Part shown: piece after piece, positions 1 to 7,585 of the stretch
Layout of the letters: every line of letters begins with the position of its first letter
Position numbering within the stretch: the first letter of the stretch is position 1
Source of the DNA: a virus
Lineage: Duplodnaviria > Heunggongvirae > Uroviricota > Caudoviricetes
Reading direction: 5' to 3' (one strand)
Length of the DNA: 64,000 nt
IMG/VR virus record: IMGVR_UViG_3300023179_004209
Coordinates: 231,832-295,831 of that record
Position numbers and translations under genes: made by a program
The notes under the pieces: model-generated
The model's input: the letters and a program-made list of their open reading frames with translations, nothing else
Databases searched by the model: none
What the model was told of the DNA's origin: nothing

Positions 1-96
1 GGCAAGTGGTATTATAGGAATGTAAATAAGACTGGTTCTACATTTGTTGAGTTGACCGCTCGTGTTTGTAAGTGTGATTGATGAAATATAAAAACA

Positions 97-267
97 ATGA
101 ATGTATTTAATCAACTTGAGATAGAGGGAGAACCTTTGTTAGAGAGTTGTGATGAGTGTAATGCGTTGATTGTGAATTGGGAAACTTTGACCAATAGTTT
201 CTTGACATTTGACAATCGTGTGGTGTGTAAAAAATGTTTGAAAGAAGAATTGGATGGGCAATTATGA
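97..267 (+). CDS. small Cys-rich (CxxC...CxxC) protein, 56 aa
   Basis: ATG..TGA ORF below the 60-aa cutoff of the track; two Cys pairs; no clear promoter. Confidence 0.3.
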   Translation: MNVFNQLEIEGEPLLESCDECNALIVNWETLTNSFLTFDNRVVCKKCLKEELDGQL

Positions 268-324
268 TGAATCTATTGATTTGTTTGATTTTGTGGTTGG
301 AAGAGAAAAAGTTAAAAAAAGTTG

Positions 325-353
325 TTGACTTCCCCGAAGAAATCCTGTAAAGT
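325..353 (+). promoter_or_regulatory. early promoter TTGACT-N17-TAAAGT
   Basis: -35 TTGACT 325-330, -10 TAAAGT 348-353, ATG at 363; member of repeated promoter family. Confidence 0.7.
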
Positions 354-362
354 ATAACCACG

Positions 363-629
363 ATGAAGATCAAATTGCTTGTTCTGGTTTCTCTGGTTCT
401 GGTTGGTGCTGGTTGTGATGGTAACACCGCTGCTAAAAGCTTTGGTGGTACTATGACGGTTGACTTGGAGAAGAACCAGAAGTTGGTGAATGTAACTTGG
501 AAGGATGGTGATACTCTGTGGTATCTTACTCGTCCTGCTCGTAGTGGTGAAACTCCTGAAACTTATACTTTCAAGGAAAAGTCTTCACTTGGTATTCTTG
601 ATGGTCAGGTGATTTTGATTGAACATTGA
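363..629 (+). CDS. small lipoprotein (signal peptide + lipobox-like VGAGC)
   Basis: ORF starts 9 nt after -10; MKIKLLVLVSLVLVGAGC. Confidence 0.6.
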   Translation: MKIKLLVLVSLVLVGAGCDGNTAAKSFGGTMTVDLEKNQKLVNVTWKDGDTLWYLTRPARSGETPETYTFKEKSSLGILDGQVILIEH

Positions 630-645
630 TAAAATATTACCCACG

Positions 646-861
646 ATGAAACTTTACGCTTTTGTTGTTTTTGAAACTGGTGGCTCTGGCGGTCTTGGCC
701 ATTATGGTAATCTTGTTAAGACTGGTTATGTTACCAAGAGTATTCTTGCTAGTAATGCTAATAAGTTTAGAAACAAACGAGTTAAAGTGATGTGTTCTGG
801 TGGTTATGTTTGTTATCCCAAGCGTAAACAAATTACTACTATTATTCCATTTTCAGTTTAA
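646..861 (+). CDS. hypothetical small protein (start moved to 646)
   Basis: ATG preceded by TAAAATATTACCCACG resembling the family -10/leader; in frame with track ORF 619..861. Confidence 0.5.
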   Translation: MKLYAFVVFETGGSGGLGHYGNLVKTGYVTKSILASNANKFRNKRVKVMCSGGYVCYPKRKQITTIIPFSV

Positions 862-881
862 TAATTTTTTGAAAAAAGTTG

Positions 882-910
882 TTGACTTCCCAGAAGAACT
901 CCTGTAGGAT
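882..910 (+). promoter_or_regulatory. early promoter TTGACT-N17-TAGGAT
   Basis: TTGACT 882-887, TAGGAT 905-910, ATG at 920. Confidence 0.7.
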
Positions 911-919
911 ATATCCACG

Positions 920-1045
920 ATGAACGCCGTCATTATTATTGTTACTTTGACATTTTCAGTTTTGTATTATCTTTCAGAGCTTGAAAGTGAAAGCTTTCTT
1001 CGTGATGTGGAGAGTGCAAAACGTGATTTGCGTGACTCTAACTAA
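920..1045 (+). CDS. 41-aa hydrophobic peptide
   Basis: ATG directly after promoter in the same ATATCCACG-ATG context as other family members; membrane-like. Confidence 0.45.
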   Translation: MNAVIIIVTLTFSVLYYLSELESESFLRDVESAKRDLRDSN

Positions 1046-1049
1046 AAAA

Positions 1050-1220
1050 ATGAAAATTAATCGTGAAGAACTTGTTATCGGATATATCGCTACTTTGGTT
1101 GCGGGTGTTTTATTTGCGCTCGGTCCACTTGGAAATGATCTAACAAAAGAAATGGCTTTGTTCTTTTTTAAACTGAGCGTTATTCTGTTTGTTATCTTTA
1201 GGGTAACAAAAGAAAAATAA
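1050..1220 (+). CDS. 56-aa membrane peptide
   Basis: internal ATG of track ORF 981..1220 after the stop of the previous peptide; hydrophobic. Confidence 0.35.
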   Translation: MKINREELVIGYIATLVAGVLFALGPLGNDLTKEMALFFFKLSVILFVIFRVTKEK

Positions 1221-1241
1221 AAAAACTAAATTATTTCCACT

Positions 1242-1484
1242 ATGATTGAAGAACCGGAATTGTCAATGAAGCTTAAGACATACACGGTGGTGTTGCGTAT
1301 AAATACGCTTGAGGATGAAAATACTGAGGGTGACCCTATTATTAGTGAATATTTTCAAAGTGAGTTAGAGAAGAAAATTAGAGAAGAACATATGTTTACT
1401 GATCAAAAAGGTGGAGCTTTGTTTCTTATTTCTAGAAATGTTGAGAATATTACGATGGTTCGGTCAATCTCAGCTTTCAAATAA
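1242..1484 (+). CDS. hypothetical acidic small protein
   Basis: ORF; ATG preceded by TATTTCCACT. Confidence 0.5.
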   Translation: MIEEPELSMKLKTYTVVLRINTLEDENTEGDPIISEYFQSELEKKIREEHMFTDQKGGALFLISRNVENITMVRSISAFK

Positions 1485-1501
1485 TTTTTGAAAAAAGTTG
1501 T

Positions 1502-1529
1502 TGACTTTTTGAATGGGGTGGTGTAAAGT
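1502..1529 (+). promoter_or_regulatory. early promoter TTGACT-N16-TAAAGT
   Basis: ATG at 1539 after ATTTCCACG. Confidence 0.7.
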
Positions 1530-1538
1530 ATTTCCACG

Positions 1539-1721
1539 ATGAAACTGATTGATGTTGATAACGCCGAGGTTGAAGTGGAAGATAGTTGGCAAGAGGAATG
1601 TCCCCAATGTGGTGACACGAATGTTCAATGCCACTACATCCCAAACTGGGATGCAACTCGTTGTTATGACTGCCTGGTTAACGAAGCGATCAAGTTTCAT
1701 TATCGGGTTGAAGAAAAGTAA
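1539..1721 (+). CDS. zinc-ribbon-like small protein (CPQC...CYDC)
   Basis: ORF; 4 Cys in two pairs. Confidence 0.55.
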   Translation: MKLIDVDNAEVEVEDSWQEECPQCGDTNVQCHYIPNWDATRCYDCLVNEAIKFHYRVEEK

Positions 1722-1730
1722 AAAAAGCGG

Positions 1731-1759
1731 TTGACTTCCCAGAGGAAAACCTGTAAAGT
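1731..1759 (+). promoter_or_regulatory. early promoter TTGACT-N17-TAAAGT
   Basis: ATG at 1769 after ATTTCCACG. Confidence 0.7.
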
Positions 1760-1768
1760 ATTTCCACG

Positions 1769-2002
1769 ATGAAGAACATCAATAAGTATAACGAGCGTAT
1801 TACCAAGTATAACGAGCGTATTACCAAGAACTGGAACGACTATTGTGATAAGCTTGAAGACTATTGCCGCCGTCGGCAAACCAAGAACCGCATCGCTGCC
1901 ATCCGCAAGACCATCAAGTATGTCAAGACGGGTGAGGCTGACAAGGAACTGGCTCTTCTCCTCAACCACCAGACAAGTATGCCTAAAAAAAGTTCACGAT
2001 AA
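1769..2002 (+). CDS. basic small protein with tandem KYNERIT repeat, GC-rich 3' half
   Basis: ORF behind promoter. Confidence 0.55.
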   Translation: MKNINKYNERITKYNERITKNWNDYCDKLEDYCRRRQTKNRIAAIRKTIKYVKTGEADKELALLLNHQTSMPKKSSR

Positions 2003-2005
2003 GGC

Positions 2006-2034
2006 TTGACTTTCGGGTGTGGTGATGGTAAAGT
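2006..2034 (+). promoter_or_regulatory. early promoter TTGACT-N17-TAAAGT driving a non-coding transcript
   Basis: No ORF downstream; transcript would start near 2041 (CAGTTGATCG). Confidence 0.55.
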
Positions 2035-2040
2035 ATTTTC

Positions 2041-2200
2041 AGTTGATCGTTAGATTCTAAAAGAATTGAAAATCAACTTCAGCTAACTCAAAGAGTGCCA
2101 GTCTATGAACCTTCGGGTGCCGAGCATGGGGCGACTGGTAATGTGTTGAGGAAATGGGAACCGGACCTGCTGACCAAACAATCAAAACCGGACGATTTTT
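2041..2200 (+). ncRNA. putative small RNA 1 (unknown function)
   Basis: promoter without ORF; GC-rich hairpins (CCTTCGGGTGCCGAGCATGGGGCG); T-run near 2196. Confidence 0.3.
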
Positions 2201-2211
2201 AGAAAAAGTTC

Positions 2212-2240
2212 TTTACAAGTCGGATAGTTCGTGGTAAATT
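2212..2240 (+). promoter_or_regulatory. promoter TTTACA-N17-TAAATT (copy 1 of a duplicated 40-nt promoter)
   Basis: identical 35-nt core repeated at 2497-2525. Confidence 0.5.
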
Positions 2241-2256
2241 AAATAATAAATAAATT

Positions 2257-2463
2257 ATGAATACCCGTGGATTCTACAAAACTACTATTACGTTTGAAGT
2301 GCTCAGTTTGGAACCTATTCCTGATGGAATGAGTTTGGAAGCAATTTCAACCATCGGTCATCCTATGAGTAATCCAAAACTTTCCCGTCTACAGATGAGT
2401 GAACGGGAGATGCGTGAAGAGCTCATAAAGATGGGTCACAATCCTGATTTCTTCAAATCGTAA
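2257..2463 (+). CDS. hypothetical small protein
   Basis: ORF. Confidence 0.45.
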   Translation: MNTRGFYKTTITFEVLSLEPIPDGMSLEAISTIGHPMSNPKLSRLQMSEREMREELIKMGHNPDFFKS

Positions 2464-2496
2464 TAGTGTTAGTCGTCTGATAAGTAAAAAAAGTTC

Positions 2497-2525
2497 TTTA
2501 CAAGTCGGATAGTTCGTGGTAAGAT
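2497..2525 (+). promoter_or_regulatory. promoter TTTACA-N17-TAAGAT (copy 2) driving a non-coding transcript
   Basis: followed by TTTTCAGTTGATGG as in small RNA 1; no ORF for about 950 nt. Confidence 0.5.
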
Positions 2526-2531
2526 ATTTTC

Positions 2532-3470
2532 AGTTGATGGGACCGGAAGGAATACGACTGGAAACCCTGAAACTAAAAGATTGACGGCATAACAACTTGG
2601 GAGAATGTAAGTTAACTTCATATTGCCCACAATGATTAAACGATTGCAATTCCGTGGAAGCAAGGAGCAGTCCGGTTAACTTTAATTCGACCAATGTAGC
2701 CATCCGGTTTCAATCCGGAGAACCAAGAAATAGAGGGCAGTGGGTTACGATTCACTGATAAATACTTGGATGTCAATCAACAATTTGTTAGTTATAGATG
2801 GTATTATATGAGTAGACGGAGAATGATGCCGACACGATTGTCGGTAATCGAACAGTAGGGGTATAATACAGGCAGTTATATGCGGACATTGAAGCTAACA
2901 AACCAATTTTTTAAGTTCTTTTTATAATTTGATTGAATATCTGATATTAGCTTAATTAGAGCCGTCTGTTAATTCAGCGAGGTGTAGTATCCAATCTACA
3001 TATCAGTAAAAATCAAATTGGTTGATGAGGTTCTAGACCAATCCAACATCTATAAAGCAGAGAAATTTGGGACTCTGCCATCAACCAAATGTTTTTTAAC
3101 CAAGCAATAGAGTTAGCTATCTTGACAAAGAATCAAATGACTCTGATAACAGCGTTGGGTGCTAGCAGTAACAACAAAGATCCCAAACGGAAACAGATAA
3201 TACGATTTTTTGCTTGGTTAATTCAATTTTTGAATAATATATACAGGCGGTCATTCTAAACTGATCTGATCAATTAGTGGTGAATGGGAGGTTCAAATCC
3301 TCTGTATGTTATTCAATAGCAAGTAACAGATAGACTATAGGTGTAGCATTCGGGCAATGCGCCGGTAATTACAGGAGACTAGGTTCAATTCCTAGACACT
3401 TACAACTTGGAACAAACGGGCGTTCTTAATTGAATATCCGGTGAAATCCTGAAAACTTGTTATTTTTTTC
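2532..3470 (+). ncRNA. ORF-free region with multiple hairpins, terminator-like elements and T-arm-like motifs (one or more sRNAs)
   Basis: no ORF >60 aa on + strand. 10-bp inverted repeats at 3016-3025/3078-3087 and 3097-3106/3209-3218. T-arm-like GGAGGTTCAAATCCTC (about 3287-3302) and CTAGGTTCAATTCCTAG (about 3375-3391). Confidence 0.3.
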
Positions 3471-3479
3471 ACTTTCCCC

Positions 3480-3508
3480 TTGACTTTTTTCCACGGGTAA
3501 CTTAATAT
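3480..3508 (+). promoter_or_regulatory. promoter TTGACT-N17-TAATAT
   Basis: ATG at 3518. Confidence 0.6.
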
Positions 3509-3517
3509 ATTTTTACA

Positions 3518-3691
3518 ATGAAATACAAGATGTTTGTTCTCCTTGAAGGCAAAAAGAAATTGATTGCTAGCACCAATAATTTCAGTGATTTTCAAACTCT
3601 TATGACTGAATTTGAAAAGTTTGAAATTCAATGGGAAGTTACTGAAAATGGTGATACTGTGTTTTCTACCTTTGCTTCTGTTTTGAACTAA
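3518..3691 (+). CDS. 57-aa hypothetical protein
   Basis: ORF below track cutoff, directly behind promoter. Confidence 0.45.
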   Translation: MKYKMFVLLEGKKKLIASTNNFSDFQTLMTEFEKFEIQWEVTENGDTVFSTFASVLN

Positions 3692-3700
3692 TATAATAAT

Positions 3701-4078
3701 ATGAATTACGCTAACTTTTTTGAACTTAAGGGTAAGACTATCACTTCAATTCAAGGTAGTAACTCTGATGATGGTGATACTATTATCACTACCAGTGATG
3801 GTTCTAGTTATACTCTAACGCATATACAAGATTGTTGTGAACATGTTAGAGTGTATGGTACTGTTGGTAATATTGATGATGTACTGAATGTAGAAGTAAT
3901 TGCTGCTGAGGATACTAATCCTATGGATAATCCTAATGCACCTGACTATAAGGCTTATGATTCTTCTACTTGGACTCAATTCAGAATTGTAACCAACAAA
4001 GGAACTTTTGAAATTTGGTGGTTGGGTGAATCAAATGGATATTACAGTGAAACTGTTTCCGTAATTAAGAACTCATAA
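3701..4078 (+). CDS. hypothetical protein
   Basis: ORF. Confidence 0.55.
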   Translation: MNYANFFELKGKTITSIQGSNSDDGDTIITTSDGSSYTLTHIQDCCEHVRVYGTVGNIDDVLNVEVIAAEDTNPMDNPNAPDYKAYDSSTWTQFRIVTNKGTFEIWWLGESNGYYSETVSVIKNS

Positions 4079-4082
4079 TAAT

Positions 4083-4274
4083 ATGAAAACTGAATATGAT
4101 TATTTAATTCTAGATGCAATGTCACAGTACGGTGGTAGTTTTGTAAAGCAATTGTCTAACCTTGCTAGGGTTGCGGATGCTACAAACTTTGCAAAGCTCA
4201 AGGTTACCTTTGCAAACTATTGGGAAGAATATGACCGTTTTCTTCCTGAATCTAACCAGAAACAGACGGTTTAA
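4083..4274 (+). CDS. hypothetical small protein
   Basis: ORF. Confidence 0.45.
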   Translation: MKTEYDYLILDAMSQYGGSFVKQLSNLARVADATNFAKLKVTFANYWEEYDRFLPESNQKQTV

Positions 4275-4286
4275 ACCGTGCCAGAA

Positions 4287-4318
4287 CCGCCCAGGATCCC
4301 TTATGGGCGGTTTTGTTT
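4287..4318 (+). terminator. Rho-independent terminator CCGCCCAGG..TGGGCGG + TTTT
   Basis: GC stem 4287-4293/4304-4310 and T-run. Confidence 0.65.
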
Positions 4319-4380
4319 GTCTGGCCAGGTGTCCAGATGGTTCCCACAAACCATGACCAAAAAAAAGTTTAAAAAAAGTT

Positions 4381-4409
4381 TTGACGGAACCATTGGCGGC
4401 TAGTATCTT
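4381..4409 (+). promoter_or_regulatory. promoter TTGACG-N17-TATCTT
   Basis: ATG at 4416. Confidence 0.5.
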
Positions 4410-4415
4410 CTTTCC

Positions 4416-4718
4416 ATGGTTAATGACTCTGTTCCCTTTGTTCCCACCCGTGATGACCTGATCAGCTACATCTCTGACACCTACAAGGAGATCAACGGTT
4501 TCCGTCCCCGGCCTGTTTGGTCTGAGTTGACCTACGAGCAGCTGGACAAGTGGGGTCGTGAGTTGGCGGCTGAGGTGGTCACCTACCGTAAGCAAGAGGT
4601 TGTCCGTAACCGTATTGCCCGTGGTCTCCGCCGTGCTCAGCAACGGGCTTGGGTTGAGAAGAAACGCAGTTACTTCACTGGTTCCACTTTCACCATTGGA
4701 AATGTTGTTAACTTCTAA
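4416..4718 (+). CDS. hypothetical protein encoded by an anomalously GC-rich (about 52%) gene
   Basis: ORF; composition contrasts with the 35% GC surroundings. Confidence 0.55.
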   Translation: MVNDSVPFVPTRDDLISYISDTYKEINGFRPRPVWSELTYEQLDKWGRELAAEVVTYRKQEVVRNRIARGLRRAQQRAWVEKKRSYFTGSTFTIGNVVNF

Positions 4719-4726
4719 AAAAGTTG

Positions 4727-4755
4727 TTGACATTGGTTTGGTCATATACTAATAT
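4727..4755 (+). promoter_or_regulatory. promoter TTGACA-N17-TAATAT
   Basis: ATG at 4767. Confidence 0.55.
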
Positions 4756-4766
4756 TTAAAAACAAT

Positions 4767-5129
4767 ATGAAAAACATTGTTCATGTGATTTATCCTGATG
4801 AAGCCGTTCATTCTTTTGTGATGGAGACTGATATGGTTGTTAGTGATATTCTGGAACGGGTATTTGCTGAATGGAATCACGGTTCTGGTATGGAATCTGA
4901 ATTGTTTATCAGGTCCAAGAAACGTTCATTGAGTGTCAATGATATTGTTTGTGTTAATGGTAAATATTATTTGTGTGAGTCTTTTGGATGGAATGAAGTG
5001 ACTCCACAATTTGTTAATGAACTGGAGGAGGAAGTTAGCAATCATCCTAATAGGATTCATGGTGCTTGGTTTGCATTGAATGATGTTATGTGGGACCGTA
5101 AGAGTAAGAACAATTTGGAACTTGTATAA
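4767..5129 (+). CDS. hypothetical protein
   Basis: ORF. Confidence 0.55.
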   Translation: MKNIVHVIYPDEAVHSFVMETDMVVSDILERVFAEWNHGSGMESELFIRSKKRSLSVNDIVCVNGKYYLCESFGWNEVTPQFVNELEEEVSNHPNRIHGAWFALNDVMWDRKSKNNLELV

Positions 5130-5135
5130 AAATTT

Positions 5136-5654
5136 ATGACTATTGAAAAGACTTATAAACTGACGATTAAAGACACTGCATATTTTCTAACTGAAGAAGA
5201 AGTAACAAAACTGTATGAACAGTGTCGTAAGGCATTGAATATTGATAATGCCCCTCCATACTTTCCTAATTATCCGCCGGGTGTAAGAAAGTTTGATGAT
5301 GATAAAACCAAACCATTAAATCCTACAACACCTAGTATTCCATATCCATATGATACTTATCCGTGGTATACGCCCAAGCATCCAAATGACACAGGTCATC
5401 CATATTGGACAGGACCTACTACAACTTGTGGCACAATTAACGCAGGTTCACCTGCTACAACTTGTGGCACAATTAAAGCCGGTGAAGGCATTTGTGTGAT
5501 GGATACAAATTGGCAAACCAATCTTTGTAATACTGTAAAGTCATCTAATGATATTAATTTTATATCAGATGACATGGCGGTTCATGAAGATAATCAAAAG
5601 TGGCGTTCTTCTGTAGAAAAAGCACTAGATAAGATTAATGCTGATAAAAAGTAA
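5136..5654 (+). CDS. hypothetical protein with tandem TTCGTI(N/K)AG repeat
   Basis: ORF; internal duplication. Confidence 0.55.
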   Translation: MTIEKTYKLTIKDTAYFLTEEEVTKLYEQCRKALNIDNAPPYFPNYPPGVRKFDDDKTKPLNPTTPSIPYPYDTYPWYTPKHPNDTGHPYWTGPTTTCGTINAGSPATTCGTIKAGEGICVMDTNWQTNLCNTVKSSNDINFISDDMAVHEDNQKWRSSVEKALDKINADKK

Positions 5655-5658
5655 TAAT

Positions 5659-5955
5659 ATGAAGAAGATTTATATTGAGAAGTTGGCAGAAGTACCCGGT
5701 GGATTACCTGCTAGAAATATGGATGAACATATTATGGGTAAACCTAATTATGATAACTACAGTAGCATTCCAATTGAATACAATTTGGAGGGTGTATTGA
5801 GTTATGATATTGAGGTGGGTAAACCTGTTGTTGTAGGTAGAACCAAGCGTAATGGTGTAGAAGCTTATGGCGTGTTTAGTACATCAAGGGTAACTGAGGT
5901 GGGTAACAACTATTTCAAAACACAGAATAGTGTATATAGTTATAAGTTTTTATGA
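5659..5955 (+). CDS. hypothetical protein
   Basis: internal ATG avoiding overlap with previous gene. Confidence 0.5.
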   Translation: MKKIYIEKLAEVPGGLPARNMDEHIMGKPNYDNYSSIPIEYNLEGVLSYDIEVGKPVVVGRTKRNGVEAYGVFSTSRVTEVGNNYFKTQNSVYSYKFL

Positions 5956-6134
5956 GGGCTATTAAGATTAAAGATTTACCGGATGGACCGTGGCGTGAAT
6001 ATGCGTTAGAAGCGCAACGGCGTGGAATTGAAATAGTTGGAGATGATATATTAAATGGGACTGATATAACGCTTATTGGTGCTATTGATATGATTAGAGA
6101 GTTGACGGAGAAGATTGAAAAGAAAACTGAATAA
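5952..6134 (+). CDS. hypothetical small protein
   Basis: ORF, 4-nt overlap with neighbour. Confidence 0.45.
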   Translation: MRAIKIKDLPDGPWREYALEAQRRGIEIVGDDILNGTDITLIGAIDMIRELTEKIEKKTE

Positions 6135-6140
6135 GTTTTT

Positions 6141-6488
6141 ATGAATATTACCGCTGCTAAAGATGTTCCTAATGTAGATCAAACTAGTATTTGGAAGGGA
6201 TTTTATGAGGCGCACTTTATGAGTGGTGAAGAAATAAACCAAAAGTATCCTATATTAAATACCAAGTGGAAATATTCAAATCATAAGCCAGTAACAGGTG
6301 GTAGTGAATATGGATACTACTATTCTTATTATAGGGATTGGAGTACTGAAGTAGTGACTGATCCGTGGTATAGAAATCTTATTAATAATGGTAATCCGAT
6401 TAATAAAAGTGAAATGGAAACTGTGTTTTCTACAACCGTGGAAGGCAACAAAGTTATATTAGTAATTTATCTAAATACATACGTATGA
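6141..6488 (+). CDS. hypothetical protein
   Basis: ORF. Confidence 0.5.
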   Translation: MNITAAKDVPNVDQTSIWKGFYEAHFMSGEEINQKYPILNTKWKYSNHKPVTGGSEYGYYYSYYRDWSTEVVTDPWYRNLINNGNPINKSEMETVFSTTVEGNKVILVIYLNTYV

Positions 6489-7048
6489 TTAACTATAAAC
6501 AACATTTGATTGACCGAGCAAATAATTTGGGTGTATATGATATTGCTTCTGTGGTAATTACAGATCCACGATTTGAATTGTGGAGTGGTAGTAGCAAAGA
6601 ACATCAACATCACTATGGTATGGGTGGTTTGATACAACATACATATGAAGTAGTTGAATTGTGTATTTCTAATTATATTTTATTAAAATTAGATGTTGAC
6701 CGAACTGAATTGTATTTGAGTGCGTTATTTCACGATTGTGGCAAAATGTGGGATTATGAACCAGTTAATGAAGAATATACAAAATGGCAAGGAACTGAAC
6801 ACAAACGAACTATTCATCATATCAGTCGTAGTGCAATTACTTGGAATCAGGCGTGTGCATTTCATAATTTCAAGTATGGTAAATATGCTGATAGTGTTAC
6901 CCACAACATTTTGTCACATCACGGACATCGTGAGTGGGGAAGTCCAGTGATGCCAAAGACTAAAGCTGCGTGGTTGTTGCATTTGTGTGATGGTATCAGT
7001 GCGAGAATGAATGATGCTGACAAGTGGGATTTTGTAAAAAAGGATTAA
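6485..7048 (+). CDS. HD-domain metal-dependent phosphohydrolase
   Basis: H..HD..H..H..D series: QHTYEV, FHDCGK, SHHGHREWG, HLCDGIS. Confidence 0.7.
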   Translation: MINYKQHLIDRANNLGVYDIASVVITDPRFELWSGSSKEHQHHYGMGGLIQHTYEVVELCISNYILLKLDVDRTELYLSALFHDCGKMWDYEPVNEEYTKWQGTEHKRTIHHISRSAITWNQACAFHNFKYGKYADSVTHNILSHHGHREWGSPVMPKTKAAWLLHLCDGISARMNDADKWDFVKKD

Positions 7049-7053
7049 AACAT

Positions 7054-7512
7054 ATGATTATACATAAAGATTGTAATATTTTTGATGGTGGTGCTCAAGG
7101 CATTATACATCAGGCGAATTGTCAAAACACTATGGGTAGTGGCATTGCTAGAGAAATTCGTGCTAGATATCCGGAGGCTTATGAAGTGGATTGTCTGACA
7201 ATTGCTGGTGACTATAAGAAGTTGGGTACATTTAGTAGTGTAAAGACTAATGATGGTAAATTTGTAATTTATAATTGTTATAGTCAGTATCGTTATGGGC
7301 GTGAAAAACGTCATACCAATTATGAAGCAGTTTATACTGGATTGAGTAGTATTGAACAAAATGCAAGAGAATTGGGATTAACTACACTTAGTTTGCCATA
7401 CAATATGGGATGTATGTTGGGTGGTGGTAGTTGGCGAATTGTTAGTGTGATCATTGATGAAGTTTTCAAAGATTCCCCAATAGATTTATATATTTGCAGG
7501 TATACCCCGTAA
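7054..7512 (+). CDS. Macro domain protein (ADP-ribose binding/processing)
   Basis: IFDGGAQGIIHQANCQNTMGSGIAREIRARYPE matches the Macro-domain N-terminal signature. Confidence 0.65.
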   Translation: MIIHKDCNIFDGGAQGIIHQANCQNTMGSGIAREIRARYPEAYEVDCLTIAGDYKKLGTFSSVKTNDGKFVIYNCYSQYRYGREKRHTNYEAVYTGLSSIEQNARELGLTTLSLPYNMGCMLGGGSWRIVSVIIDEVFKDSPIDLYICRYTP

Positions 7513-7519
7513 AAAAAGG

Positions 7520-7548
7520 TTGACTTGTTTTAAACTCCGTGGTAAAGT
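7520..7548 (+). promoter_or_regulatory. promoter TTGACT-N17-TAAAGT
   Basis: consensus family member; 30-nt leader to ATG 7586. Confidence 0.65.
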
Positions 7549-7585
7549 AGTGGAGTAATAAGAAACAACTAAAAAATAAAAAATT

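Noticed and set aside
107-427. 106-aa minus-strand ORF
   Set aside because: Antisense to the first consensus promoter and to the start of the lipoprotein gene. Low-complexity. Every nearby promoter points rightward.
981-1220. Track ORF start at 981 (MKVKAFFVMW...)
   Set aside because: The promoter at 882-910 places an ATG at 920 in a different frame, in the exact context of other family members. Kept only the distal part from the ATG at 1050.
4122-4745. 207-aa minus-strand ORF
   Set aside because: Runs antisense across a terminator, a promoter and the GC-rich gene 4416..4718. Open frame is explained by the GC-rich composition.
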